DNA from: Balanoglossus misakiensis
Taxonomy: Eukaryota > Animalia > Hemichordata
DNA: 64,000 nt
Assembly: GCA_040954595.2 (NCBI GenBank)
Contig: CM082582.2
Location: 11,399,483 to 11,463,482 of the forward strand
Direction of reading: 5' to 3'
In this document: positions 13,891-27,727 of the stretch, one piece after another
Layout of the letters: every line of letters begins with the position of its first letter
Numbering within the stretch: the stretch's first letter is position 1
Program-made: the position numbers and the translations under genes
The notes under the pieces: generated by a model
Database searches by the model: none
What the model saw: the letters and a program-made list of their open reading frames with translations, nothing else
What the model was told of the DNA's origin: nothing

Positions 13891-16800
13891 CGTCTGGCTC
13901 ATGCATGTTACTGGTACGTGAAAGGGCTTGGCTATTTCAAAGTTTCAGGAAAATGACTGAAGTAGATTTTTCCAGCAACATTCTACCAGCTGACCCTGTG
14001 GCATAGTGAATGCCTTCCATGTTCAATTGTTATCATTCTACCATCAATACTGAACTCCACAAAAAAACCCAACATCTGTATGTGGCAGCCGTTGAAAACA
14101 TTTGACATGTTTTTTCAATTTAAATTCTTTTAATAAGAATAAAAATAGACTGATATCAATAAATATCACATGATTTTAACGTCAGTTGACGTCATCTCAT
14201 ATCTCCTCGAGGGAGTCATGTTTTCAATGTTGTATGACTTTCTTTGTGACCCATAAAGTGAAAAAAAAGATTATAAAGGCTTTTAAAGTGACCCACACAA
14301 AATCTCCACTTCCTATAAAATTCTGTGAAAATGTTTACCATTCTCATTCCAGGAAATAAAAATGTAATATTTAAGACGCTCATCGTGGATTACCCGGAAA
14401 GCACACTTGTTGTGCGAAACTGATACCGAATGAATAAAAAATACAGAAGGGATGCTCCAGAAAATGCACTTTTTTGTTATCTGTGCGGGAAACGTCGTCA
14501 CATCTAAAAGCTCTATTTCAGTTATCTGGATATATAGTCCAAATTTTGAAGACTGACACTGCTTGAGGTAGTTTTGGTTGTTCTGTGCAGCCCATGGGGA
14601 AGTTGAAACCCAGAGCTGTAGAAACCTAAAAAAATGCATCTTCATAATGTTCATCAACAGGATTTTGTTTTGTAAATCAGGGGTAAACATTTTGAAATTT
14701 CTTTGCCTCCTGAACTAATGGAGGACTGAGATATATTACTAGTATTAAGGTCACTCCTAGCAATTACAGTGAAGAAGCAACCTCATGGTAGAATCCCTTT
14801 GTCATTTTTTGAGCTGAATCAAACTAGCACTGTTCCTCCCTCAAGCATTTCTCTAGTTTATTGTTACTAAGCATGCTTCTGCTAGGGTATATACATTGTA
14901 CCAGAACCTTCAAAGCCAGAGTAGAATTGACGCTGTAGGGCTGTAGCAGAGCTTTTGGCCATGAATGCTAAGCTGTGACAAACCCATGAGTCTTCAAAAG
15001 TTTATGCACTCGTCAGTCAGGGTTTTTTTGATGCATGGCCTGACTTGCATTACCCGTTGCTTCAGTAGTTAACCAAATTTCGCGAGATCTCGCAACAAGC
15101 AGGAAAATCATCTTTTCTGGAACCAGGGGTTGAGGACGGTAGCTTTGAGAAGAAATCGTTCCAAGATTTGAGTGTTCATCCAAATGCGACTTTATCCGCA
15201 GATTACGAAGCTTCGCAGAATGATTCACTCGCAGCTATGTATTGCCTCTCAAAATCCTAGAAAAAAAGATTATGATCATAAATTGTGGAAATTGCTTTAT
15301 CATGCCACTTTCCTTCGCAGTTTAATTGATACATCGGTATCTATCCTTTCTACTATAATCTAAGCTTGGCAGCTGCTTATCGATTGTTTTTATGTGACTG
15401 AAAAAAAACATGAGGGGACATTACTGAGATTCTCTTGTGTGATGTCTTTGAATGTCAGTGAAATTGATATTGATTCGTGAATTCAGCTGAATTGAGTGTG
15501 AGACTTTGTCATGTCTCCAACAGAAAGGTTGCCAAATTTTGAAATAATGTTGATGAGTGATTCAAATAAGATTATTTGTTGTATTAATTGTTGGCTGATC
15601 CACTGAAATATTGATTTCCATATATTTTGTTGGGAATACTCTGACCTACATACTGGTCCATTCCATGAGAGAGCGCAATACATTACCTTATTGATGTGTT
15701 CCCAAACCACATTCATGTCAATCTCTCTCTATTCATGCGCCATTCAGAATTTTTTTAAAGATTTTTTCTTCTCCAGTAATGTATTTATTTTGTCCTTGCT
15801 GTGGAATCATTTATCGAAAGATGTACATGTATATTGTTAGTCACAATGAATGACATATGGTGATTACATGTATGGGTTTGTTACTGTTCATTCGCTTGAT
15901 TTTTAAAGGCCAGAGCCCTGATTGACAGCTTCGGTGGTGATCGAAAACCTTGGCAACACGTATCAACATCACCATTTGAAATTCCCAGTGTTTTTATAAC
16001 TATATGACATATATTTCCCATTTACTGACAGGAAAAATATTGTTTGCATGTACTCTGAAAATATGGTGTATTTGAAAATCCCCTACATAAATAAAATGTG
16101 ATTTATTATTATTCACCCTTTTTAAAACATTAATGTAAATTTGTGGATGGGAGAGGGGGGGGGGGGGTTCATGTTTATAGAATTCGAAATTTATTATTCA
16201 CTATTGTCAGTGTGAAATGGTATCAGAAAAATTAGTCATTTACCAAGATTGGTAAAAGGGTTGTAATTGCACTGTGATTCTCACTTCGGCATGTATGCCT
16301 CAGAGATAATAGTTGTATGACGTACTTAGCGTACATGAACTGTCTAGTGAAATCAAGGTCTGTCAACACAAGGGTACCCTACATACCTTTTGAATTTTTC
16401 ACCCTTGCTGCAGTGGTGGATGACGTCACATTCTCTTTTGAATATTCATATTTTTCATGCCGTCATCAGTTTGGTTTGAACATGTCTTGGAGTGATTTGG
16501 GTTGAGTTCACAAAAGGGTGAAATCAAGCTGACGTAGTGATCTCTCTCCCAGCTGTATTCTTTCAACTCAAATGCAGAAGATTTATTGCCTGCACTCATA
16601 CAACTGACAAAATATGTTATTGAAAAAAAAAACATAATCCAAATCTAGCCCAGCTGTTTTATGGAGGTCATCCTCTCAATATTTATTGCATTTCTAAACC
16701 AACTTTCCAGTGTTTACTTAAAAGAGATTAGCTGAAGCTTGTCAAAAAGAACTGTTTACCTTTGTTAAAAAATGATTGCCTGTGACCTTAGAGACTGTTT

Positions 16801-18275
16801 ATTGAAATATGATATGATGTCATAGCAACAGTAATTCTGATGGTAAACTGACCCAGTGGGTATATCAAGTACATATAAGCAGTAGCCATAACTGTCATTA
16901 TATACAATGGATTCTTACAGGATCAGTAATATTTGCATTTATTTCCCAAAGTACGTTTGGTATTGAGCTTGCCAATACAACCCTTGTTCATGAATTTGTA
17001 GCAAGCATTGATGATACAAATAACGGTATTAAAGTTGAGGAAATGGCAGCAAAAGTGCTGACTGTGTATGTAGTATGTGATTGCAAGCTACATATTGGAT
17101 GTTTCAAGCAAGTGTGTAACATGAAGCTGCTGTTAATACGCAGAACAAAAGTGCTGGAAAAAATATCAAAATTCACAGCTGTAGGTGCTGTGTAGACTGT
17201 AGTCAAAAGTCAAGAGGTTACTCATGTTCGAAGCCCTCACACGATCCACAAAAGTAAACAGAACTGCCTCAGTTGGACTTGTCCAGCGCATTGCTGCATG
17301 ACAAGAAACTTCTGACAGTTGCTCCGGGAGAACTCTGTCCAGGTGGACTCACTGTTGCCGAGGCTAGTCGCTGCTCGGATATTGTCGCCACGGCGCTCAT
17401 AATCCTGGTTCCCAGTATGTTGGAATGTGACGTGTTTGCTCAAGAGATAACAGGTGCTTGCTCATTTCACTGCTCTGCTACTGAAGTTATTGGCAAACGA
17501 GTGGGTGTTGAAACTGATAAGCAAAGTGCAATGCTGATACTATTGAAATCCAAAGGAGCAGAATTTTTCTACGAGAATAATCCAAATTCCCATGGCAAGG
17601 AGAATTTGCCATTTTCAGAAAAAAAAATTGTTTCCTCATTGATTGTGACCTTTTACGTCAATTCAGTATTGATCTATAGTAACACAGTTGAATAAGAAAG
17701 GACGATGAACTTCTCAATGAAAGTGCACAGCAGATTGGAGCGTCCATTAGCAGTGCAGGGCGTCCATATCATTTCATATCATATCTTATCATCGGTATGA
17801 TGCCAAATTTATTTTGTTCAATTTTCAACACAGAAATTGTCAAAATAAACTGTTTTGTTATTCAGAGTTCTGAATACCAGGATAATGAAACTTATTCTAT
17901 TATAATCCTCTTGTATATGAGAGAGCATATCTGCAGTGTTTGATGGCAAAGGTTAGCTTTCAGCTGTATGTTCACATGATGGATTTGTATGGTACACATA
18001 CACTGGTCAGCATATGATCGATGCATTTGTCCATGAACTGTGAATTTACCCCATGATGCACAGAGATCAGACAACAGTTGAAAAGACCCAGTGCCCTGAA
18101 ATAAAAATGAGATTTGGCTTTTTCGCTTTACTGTCTGTAAACCCGTCATTGTGAAGTATTGGCATATTTGTCAATACCTGTCTGTAGAGGGCAGCCTTAC
18201 AGACTTCAGACTTCTCTTATTTGACATTGAAGAACAAATTTGTGAAGTTGAAAAGTGTAGCTTTCTTCTGTGGTA

Positions 18276-18290
18276 GCGCCCTCTAGATGG
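18276..18290 (-). promoter_or_regulatory. CTCF-like motif (CCATCTAGAGGGCGC)
   Basis: Close match to the CTCF core consensus. A second weaker match (TCTGTAGAGGGCAGC) lies at 18181-18195 on the opposite strand. Confidence 0.35.
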
Positions 18291-19307
18291 ATCCTGTGGT
18301 ACGACAAAACTAAATGGGTTGCTAGCATATTGCGAGGGACATCTAAAATTGATTGATATTCTGTACCATAGTAATGATTGCCATTTTTGCAACATATAAG
18401 ACTGCATTTTGTCTTTATTATAAAATTGGCAGGTACTGAATTTCTTAATAAATGAAACTCGCTGCGAATTTGACACGGAGAAGGTACTTTCCTTCATTGT
18501 ACTTGTATGGCTAGATAAATGTTAAAATACCAAAACAAGATGACCTAGAGAGACTGGTTAGGAATGCTTTAGAAGGAGTAGCATATTCTTATGAAGCAAA
18601 TCTAACCAGCAGAATGTAAAAAGATAATGGCTAATACGTCTCCTTTACCGTTACACTTCAATATCAAATTTGTGTTGTGGTTTTGATGATGGAAAATTGT
18701 TTGAGTATGAATTTCTAATTTGTAAATTTCAAAACCTCATTCTGTACAGACTTGTTTCTCAATGAGCCATTCATTTATTTCCATAGCAACCAATTGTGTT
18801 CCATTTAACACTCTTCACAACAAGTCAAACAAAACAGAAATAGCTGTTAATTTGATAATCCTGCTATTAAAGTGTAAACGATTTATCAGATTAACATATA
18901 TTCGTATAGCGCTTTTGTCAGCGGTATTGCCATTTATGTATGGTGGTTACAGTGTAGTTTTTCTGGGCAAAAAATTAATATTTGAACAGTTGTCTTTGAA
19001 TAACACACACACTGTCCCTTGCAGTCTTGTACACATGACTGGCAGAGGCGAGCAGAATTTTCTGCAGTCGCTTGTGACATGCTACATGAAACTTGAATAC
19101 CATCGCCACGAGACATATTATGCAGGCCCCCACAATGCAGCGTACTTGGTTTAGCATAAATGTATAATTCATTTATGTAGATGAGAGCGTTCGGCGAGCT
19201 GTACATGTATGTCAATTGCTTTTCCTAGCTGTGTAGACTGCTTGATTCGAGGATCAGCACTGTGCGTCTCCCCCAGTACAGAGGTATAACGTCTCTCACT
19301 GTGCAGT

Positions 19308-19318
19308 ATGGGTGCCTG
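19308..19318 (+). CDS. Alternative first coding exon B of the NWD-like gene (MGA-C)
   Basis: agtATGGGTGCCTG followed by a perfect GTAAGT donor in phase 2, within a CpG/promoter-like patch. Spliced to 27686 it gives MGACCQKS; spliced to 32364 it gives MGACMGNRQS. Confidence 0.62.
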
Positions 19319-22300
19319 GTAAGTATCTGTTTCTACAGTTGCCAACGTTTTCTTTTGTCTCCCGCTCACACGGGTCAACAACATGGGAATATCAGAGTGG
19401 TTGGTTATGTAAGCGTGTATTTAGGCCTGACTTCACAGTTGATAGTACTGTACCAGTGGTTGCTCAATTCACGTCACAAAAAGCAGCAGTGTACATGTTT
19501 GTGGAGTGACTGAACGCTGCCTCTCAGCTCTGGCTGACAAGCTCGCACCTTTCGGCGGATTTCGTTCCCATTTTACGTTGTCACCACTTCCAGCTGCAGG
19601 TCTGGATCTTTGACCTCGCAGACACCAAACATTAAACAGTGGTAGTAGGTGTAGTGTATGGTCCAGTGATGAGTGACACAGGGCTCTGTGGGCTATTGTG
19701 TCTGTCAGTGTCTGTGTGAGTCAGTGGTATGTATTGTACTGTCTTGTGTGGGAAGATTCACACAGCCCGGTGTGTCTATGCGACATGTATGTCAGGTTGG
19801 TGTAATCGAGTTTCTGAAATGTTGGAAGGAGAGAGAGAAAAAAATGTGTCTAATCTGGGGTGGTTGAGGTAGTCGTAGCCATGGTTAGCTGGAGGGCTTC
19901 TTGTGGCTTGTAATTTAAACATGAGCAGATAGCTGCTTTTTGGTGTTCCCTTCCACACCTTGGCGTACAAGTGTGTCAATTCTGCAGTCTGAGACAGTTT
20001 GGTTGGTCTGGAGATTGGACACTCTCGTTTGTGAGTCGGCAATGGTTCTGGGCTTGCAGATTTTCCTTTTGGTGTACGTGAATGATGGGAAAGCCAGGAT
20101 ATGATGTGTGTGTGTGACTTGAGTTGTTCGGCATAGGGTGTGCTTTGAGTGTGTACCACTGTGGGGTCAGCAATGTTGATATGTTCACTGCTTTACTACA
20201 CACAGTGACCAGGTATGCAAATGACCCCATTATTGTGCTGTCTCTCTCTCTCACTCACTCAAAAAAAAAAAGAAGGGGACATATCTGCGACTAATAAAGA
20301 GGCTATTCTTTGTGCTGCTTGCCCCGTTAACTCTTTCTTTATGGTTTCTCGCCTATCTGCGTCGAGACTGCTGACGTCATTCAGAATGCCAACGCCAGTA
20401 ATTACCCTCTCATCTCCATGTATTCAATCGTTGTCAGGGTCTCCAAGATGCATATGAGCCTTGCCTGGATATTTGTAATCATCGTTTTATTTTCCTCTGA
20501 GATTTGCAGTGCAGCCGGGTTTCTTTTAATACATTGCGTTTGTATTTTGGTGTCTTAGCCGATCTATTTTTTTTAATGAAGTGTTGTGTTTTTTAAATCA
20601 AATTTGAAATAGTAACGGCGCTGTTTTTGGTAACTGCATTGCATTAAGTCATCTTGCATATTTTAATGAAGATGTTTAGGATTTCCATACAGAGCATTTC
20701 TTTTTCAAATTTATGAAACCATGACGGCATTTAGAAAGACCAACATTTATAATACTCAACTTGCTGGCATATTGAGGCATATTTTGTGTGTGGATATCAT
20801 TGAAACACATTAAGCATGTCTTCTGGAATATTCACGTCTATTTTATAAAGCCTATTATCCACAAGACATCATACGTAAGAAGGCACGTCACACACGCGAC
20901 GGTAACGTTCCTCCGTTTCACATAAAAATATGAGATGACGGAATACGAGATGGTCCATACATTTTAACTAGCAGGAGATCTCCATTGACAGTGGAGCGGG
21001 TGACGTCATTGGGCTTGCTAGAGACAGGGTCGCCCTGTCAGTAAAGAGCCGTGTTACATGCTTGTGAATTCGCCAACGGGTAATAAAACCCCAGTCATGG
21101 TGTTTGACATCATGATCGTGGAAAAGGACGTCATTATGAAGTCAGAGCCGATGCAAGCCATTGGTTGCCTCTGGTTTTTCATGCATATCCATATCAAACA
21201 CATTTCATCATTGCACGGCTGCAATGCCATGCAAGGGCCTTGGCCATTTGCTGGGCAGTGTTAGAGTCAAATAAAAGCATAAACGCCGGTGAGATTTTTT
21301 CCTGATGCAGATATGCGTACTGGACTTTTTCCCGAAGGATAAAGAAATACAAGGTGAATTTTCGATACAAATTGGTAAAAAATTCTCTTTTTTCTTCTTC
21401 AAATTATTGGTTAATTGTGAGTGGTTGCTCCAGCCGTCTCCATGGATGATTGGCCTTGAGTTGATGTCTTTCTGAACGTAAAATGAATGTTAAACTTGTG
21501 TGGATTTCCTTCCTTCACACACAGCATTCACACAACAACCTGTATTGTATTTGTTCCACGAAATAAAAGTTGAACAAACTCCCCCAATATAAAACTAATG
21601 AGTCTGGTCTGGATTAGAGCTACTAACAACACAATCCCATCTGCCAAGGTTATTTAACAAATGGAATTAAGACTGAAGAAAAGGCCACTCTGAAAACGGT
21701 TTCCAGGAATTCTTTTCAGCATGTATCCAGTCCACTTGCATATCTGAGAAATAAAAAAGCGAGAGAAAAGAAACGCAGTGAAAAACTCGAAATACGAGGC
21801 GGTTCCCACCTTCGCTAGGCCCCTCTGTCATATAGGTGAGTGCATATGGGAATAGCCGTGTAGAGCAGTTAATTTGAAGAAAATCAGTTGCTCATTACTC
21901 GCTCACCTGCCACAATGTCTAGTCCCTAATTACTTCATTCAAATGACGCAACTGGATGAATTTTCAGACGGGAAATTTTTTACACCTAATTGGTGAAAAT
22001 CGCATCGACTATTCTGGTCAAGGAATATGTGGATTCAAATGCAGTGGTCGTCCCTGCAATTTATATTGCGCCTTTTATTTCAATAGCGAGACTGTAGCCA
22101 AACTCGGCGCTGCCTTGACAACTGAGCTATATTACCATATGAGACAGTGGAATTTTACAAGTCATTTTTGGGTATATTGTAGCCTGTGCAAACTTGCTGT
22201 ACTTTTTCTTACGACATTATGTTTTGATTAAATGAGCTTCTTAAAGGTGGGTGGCTTTTCTTTTGCCATGTGTTATCTACACAAATTAATACAGTAGAAA

Positions 22301-22534
22301 ATAAGCGTTTTCACCAGAATTTATTCAAAACAGTTGCCATGAACTCTGACATTTTCAACATTGTTCCACACCAAAATAATAAAATGTACTTTTGTGAACT
22401 GAATATCCATAGTCAAATGTTTTAACAATATAGTGTTAATATTTTGTATGGGGGCAACATTAAAAGCAGACCGGATATGAAACAGTGCAGCTGGTCTTTC
22501 TGTAAAAGAACAATTTCAGCTGCAGATGCAGGAA

Positions 22535-22558
22535 GGGGGGGGGGGGGGGGGGGGGGGG
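22535..22558 (+). repeat. Poly-G homopolymer (G24); other runs at 16155-16167, 22785-22799, 54867-54879 and C17 at 62365-62381
   Basis: Counted directly from the sequence. Confidence 0.9.
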
Positions 22559-25500
22559 AGAAGACGTCTGCCTGGGTTGTGTGGTATCAGAGGTGATGGA
22601 TATGGGTTATTTGTTTTGCATGAACGTGTATGTTTGTCTTCATGGTGTTTAGCAAAGTGGCTGTGTCACTTCAGTGTATCCATTGCATGCCAGCCATCAC
22701 TTTAAGTTTTACCTCCCACTATGGCGCTTTTGGTGAAATCCAGTGGTGTTCTGTGGCATTGGTTGGACCCATTTACAGGCAAGTGGGGGGGGGGGGGGGT
22801 GAAGGGGTTAAGAGACCATTGACATGATTGTAGTCTGGTCTTCAACTGAGTGTCTCTCTACTGTGAGAGCTTGTATGTGTATAGGCTAGTGTTAATAGGG
22901 TTATTTACAAAATACCATAGGGTGCCATATGCATGGCACACATATTGTGTGGCCGTATTTTTATGGGTACCTGTCTTCATTAAATATTCATATAACATCA
23001 TTTGTGGTAAATTTTGTGAAGCGAAGATCCGTCCGCAATAAAAATCAAAGCAGATAAGAATGAAATAAAACGAAAAGAAATTTATTCCAATAATTTGGCA
23101 TCCAGCCAACCATAATATATCAGTCACGTCAGAATCGTATGGAGGTTTTTAGGCACGCACATACACACACGAACGCACATATGCATCAACCATAGGACTT
23201 TGCGTACTTACAAATACAGAACATATTGTATGACAATGCCATTGGTTACATCAGTTGATGTTTTGTAACCATATGTATGGGATGGGGCAGGGGCAGATAA
23301 TAAATAATCAAGTATTTCAAAATTAAGAATTCAAGATAACCAGTCATATTAATTAAGTAAATTTGAAGAACTGTAGTTTAAATCCTGCAGGCAGCATTCA
23401 GTGAAAGGTCTGCAACCAATAGTGTTCAGACTCTACTGGCAGGATGGAACATTTTTCTTCTTCAAATGTCTGGCAGTGTTCGTCATATTTGCAGCTGTTA
23501 GTCTGCAGAAGCTTGACATAGTGTCAGATTGGCACGTTGCAGTCACTGTAGAAACATTCGGGCAGCATTTATAACACTTGAATCCATGAATCTCGACAGT
23601 GATGGGGTGTACTACAACCTTTTAAGTCCATAGAAACCAAGAACAGTGTTTCGTACGTGTACGTGCACATGACAACTGGCACTCCACCCAATCAAGACTG
23701 TCATGGACTGTATACTGCATTGGCCGGTCTGTACGTTTGCAGAATAACTCATGAAGAATTTTAGTACTTTGCATTTTCTACAGTCTGAAACTCAACTACC
23801 GGTTGGGAAACAAGGTATATTTAACCAATTTGACCTTGGTAACATTGGCGAATACAGATGTTATCATATTTTTGTGCTGTTTTACACTTTGTGTACATCT
23901 GTATATGCTTATTGATAGCCGTATGACGCACGCAGCATTATCTGAATTGCACTTACTGATTTATCAATACATTTCTCATTCAAGTGTACTAACAAGCAAG
24001 TACACTTCTCCGAGAATTTGCCATGGAATAAAACCTAGTTTTAAACTAAAAACTCATCCAAACATGAGTGACATAAAAAACGACTCTGGTTTTAAGTCGG
24101 TTGTAAGATTGATTGAAGTCCCTGGGAAGTGGGAAATAATCCATCCCTAGCCTGATTCCGTGACGTTAGATTGTCAGCGTGATTAGCATGCCCATTGCTC
24201 ATTCCGGTGGAAGCGCCAGGATTAGTTCACTCCCCTCTGCCGCTCACCCTCGTTCCGATATGTGGCACTTTCTCCGACATTTAATCAAAAATCTTCGCAA
24301 AATGCAGGCTTGAAACGCATCAGTGATGCATGCTTGGTTTTCGTGTGTCCTTCAGGGGCTGTGGCTGTATTTGCTTCTGACGTGGTGGGTTTCGTGTTAC
24401 CTGACGAGACAGCTATGATGTCATGTTTTCTTTTTTCTTTTTTGGTGAGGGGAGACAGAGGCATTCTGTAGGTTGGCGTGGCATATGGCATCAACTTGTT
24501 TTAAAGAGGGCAGAGTCACACTTTAGGCACGGTTCGGCACCATTATCAAAGACTGAATTCACGAAATGCCTTCCCGTGCGACGTATTTACCCACTGACAT
24601 ATGGTTTATTGTCAGTCACCAGAGATCCGCTGTCATCCAACCTCCGGGCAACTTGCAAGATAAAAAATACAGAACAGCCCTACATGTATAGAAAAATACA
24701 CAATACTGATCATTGATATATTCCAAACTTCTTGACATTTGAGCAAAATTTAAAATAATTTGCATTGCATTGAACGATACCCGACTCATTGGTAAAGAGG
24801 GGGCGTACTTCACTACAGTAGGTAAAAATGATTATGTATATTTGATGTCTGGCATATTGCAGGTTTGTGCTTAATCCTTGACAACGCATGTAAACACAAC
24901 TATATATATTGAGAAAATTGACTGGTTTAACCAAGGCGTATTTAGAGAAGCCAGCACAATTACCCGATGGCGCAATGAAGATCCCATTAAAAGCGGAGCA
25001 CAGATTTCTTGTATCTAAGATACCAGTGTGTTTATACCTGTAGTTAGGGTAAATGCTACCTTTCTGAATTTCCGGTGACGTTTCCAAAATGCTGCAGTTC
25101 GTTTCTTCATTTCTATAAATACAAGGAGACTGCCATATCTTCTGCACATAGCACGTACTAGTCCCTATTGGCTGAAATGACATTTTCTTGCCACTTTGCA
25201 TGTATATAGATGTCAGACTTACAGTTTATTACCATATGTTTTGCTCCAGTTATTTGGTTTAGTATTTATTACGGTTAATATTGCAATGTACGTGTAGATG
25301 GACTCGTACACATAGAGCTTTCTAGCAGCAGATTAGAGTAATGTGGCTTAGACCGGAGCTACAGTTTACAGCAACTACGTGGTAAAAGTGTCTGTCTAGT
25401 GGTTGCCATGGTGTTTACGATTCTGGTAACCAAGGAGACATCAAGGCAGGAAAAGACAGAAAATGGGACTGATTTTCGAGTGATTTGATTGGGTTTATTT

Positions 25501-27685
25501 CACAGCGCGAGAAATATCGAAATGATTAATCTTAGGTCAAGTCTGTGCTGTGTTTCGTCCGGAAGCTTTCAATCATGTCTGAACAGAATCTGAATTTGAA
25601 ATTATTCAGAACAGAGCTGTCAGGTCAGAACACGACTGTGACGTCACACGTGGATAAATACATGTTGAATGAATTGAAAATGATTTTCGTTCATTGTATT
25701 TGTGAAGCAAAAAAATATAATGCTTCTCATTCTACCAATGAGATTAAAGACATGCATTTTTCTGTGTTTCAAGAAATCAAATTGTGACCCACATTCAATC
25801 AACTCGGATTGTAAGGTCGGGGAACATACTTATAGTTATACCATACATTGTATTGGTGTGGAAACAAGGGTGATGTGACTTCTAGTTAAGTCTGGCTATT
25901 TTTGAAGCAGTCTCAAACGCCGTGGAGATCTCAAATTGAGATGAAATCTAACAGGCCTTTAACAGAAGGACTTGGCTCTCCTGGGTCGTGGGATCATTTG
26001 CATGTGTAGCACATTCATTGGGAGGCCTGTGATCACCTGGCCTGGGGCGCAAACCTATACGGCTACTGATTTTCCCTGCATTCGGAGATTGCATGGCACT
26101 ATCGCCAGGCGTGGGGTCACTACAGAGAACTCCAACTTGGCGTCTGTATTAACCGAGTAAGGTCACGCAGATTATGGAAAGGGGTTTATACAAGCTGCAT
26201 TGATATTATACACTGTTCCCTGCAGATGCAAATTGCTTGGCTTTGGCACTAAGTGTACGTCACTCGATTTTTGATATGGGAACTTCTCGTCAAATTAGTG
26301 TCTGTATGTTTGTGCTTTTCAAATACAGAAGGCATGAATAAATTATGTGATGAAGAAGGTATTATATGGGCCTGGTGACTTTGTGGATTATGTAATTAAT
26401 ATCCCTTGAGAGTTCTTCCAGTACATTGTGAAATTTTTGTCAGAAATTCTATGTTGTAAAATCGGCATTTGCAATGATTTGACGGTAATGTCAGCAAAGT
26501 TTGGACATATAATACACAGAGCTAGAAGAGAGAGCCCAGAATGTTTGTAGCCGAGTTAAGTACATGGAGCCCTGATAGTATAGCTGGTAAAAGCATTTAT
26601 TGCAATAGAGATGACATTGTGGACTTAGTGTGTAGTCGATGTACTCACAGATGACGTCAATACAGGCCCCCTCATCTTATTATCCTTCTGTCCTACATGC
26701 AAATGAGGGCCATACCGATTTGATCGTGTGTTTCTCCTCGCAAAGTGGCAGCATAGTAAACATACTGCCCAGCCGACTAGTGCAGTGTTTTGAGGCATCT
26801 GAATGCTTTGCTCTGTTGCTCTTTGTGTGTCATTGTCTTCGTTTGTAAAACAGTGTGAACTGTGAAAGAATAGAAATTGTTCCGCTTTATTCATTTAATG
26901 GCACAGTAACCGGTAAATGTACTTTGCAGAAAAAGAGACTCAAGCAAACATGACATGAAGGTTTTATGAAGTTTTCAAATGCCATTTTCAATTGTGACAA
27001 CAGAGTCATAAAATAACTGCGCTAACACTACTGGCAGTGTTATCTTAAAGTATGTGTGGTGTCATTTGTCCAAATCCTGATAGATACCTACGCCATAGGT
27101 TATAATTGAAAATATGAGTATGTTTGTGTGTTCAACCTGGTGCGTAGGAGTGGGTGGTTTTTTAATGCATTGACTACGTGTACAGATCAAGGTAGCTACG
27201 GGTATGATTCACAACCTCTGTCACTGTTTGTTCAGGAACAATCCTGAAATAATGGATAAAAAAGCGAGAGTGAATCATTATCCCATCAGAGCATCTGGAA
27301 TTTCCATGGATTTTCTTTTGTTGTTCCCAGTTCTTGTATTAATGTCTTACTTGTGGTTTGGCTTGGAAAGGGAAAATAATGATTTGCTGAAGAGTCACAT
27401 ATTTGTCATGTCATATTGTGTATTGTTATTTTGTTTGTCTTCAGATTTTTATACTGTAATGCGTTGTTACATTAAAACTCAGTTGAAAATATCAGCGGAG
27501 TATGAATACTTCTTCTGTCAATGAAAATACAGACTAGAAACTGACATATCATGTGCATTTCAATATATAATTTTTACATTACAATACATCATTATATCAA
27601 GTTATGGCCTCTAAGAATCACCATATTTCCATGTCATGTTCTGAGTTAAAATTTCGTCCTTTTCTCTGACACTTTTTGTTCACAG

Positions 27686-27727
27686 TTGCCAAAAATCAGG
27701 AAAGGTAATCGGGCAGTCTTCACAAGA
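27686..27727 (+). CDS. 42-nt symmetric (phase 2-2) micro-exon of the NWD-like gene (CQKSGKVIGQSSQD)
   Basis: Strong acceptor tttctctgacactttttgttcacag, perfect donor GTAAGT at 27728, length divisible by 3, and open in exactly the phase needed to join the upstream first exons to the exon at 32364. Confidence 0.65.

Noticed and set aside
14475-14504. CYLCGKRRHI zinc-knuckle-like peptide
   Set aside because: A stop follows immediately, the final Cys is missing, and no other gag/pol motifs or LTRs are nearby.
14564-14630. let-7-like sequence TGAGGTAGTTTTGGTTG with partial fold-back
   Set aside because: It diverges from mature let-7 after position 9, and the seed end has no complementary star arm, so it is not a credible pre-miRNA.
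23784-23814. Exon-like 31-nt segment (ctacag...AAG|GTATAT)
   Set aside because: Length is not a multiple of 3 and the donor is weak, so it would frameshift the NWD N-terminus. At most a UTR exon.
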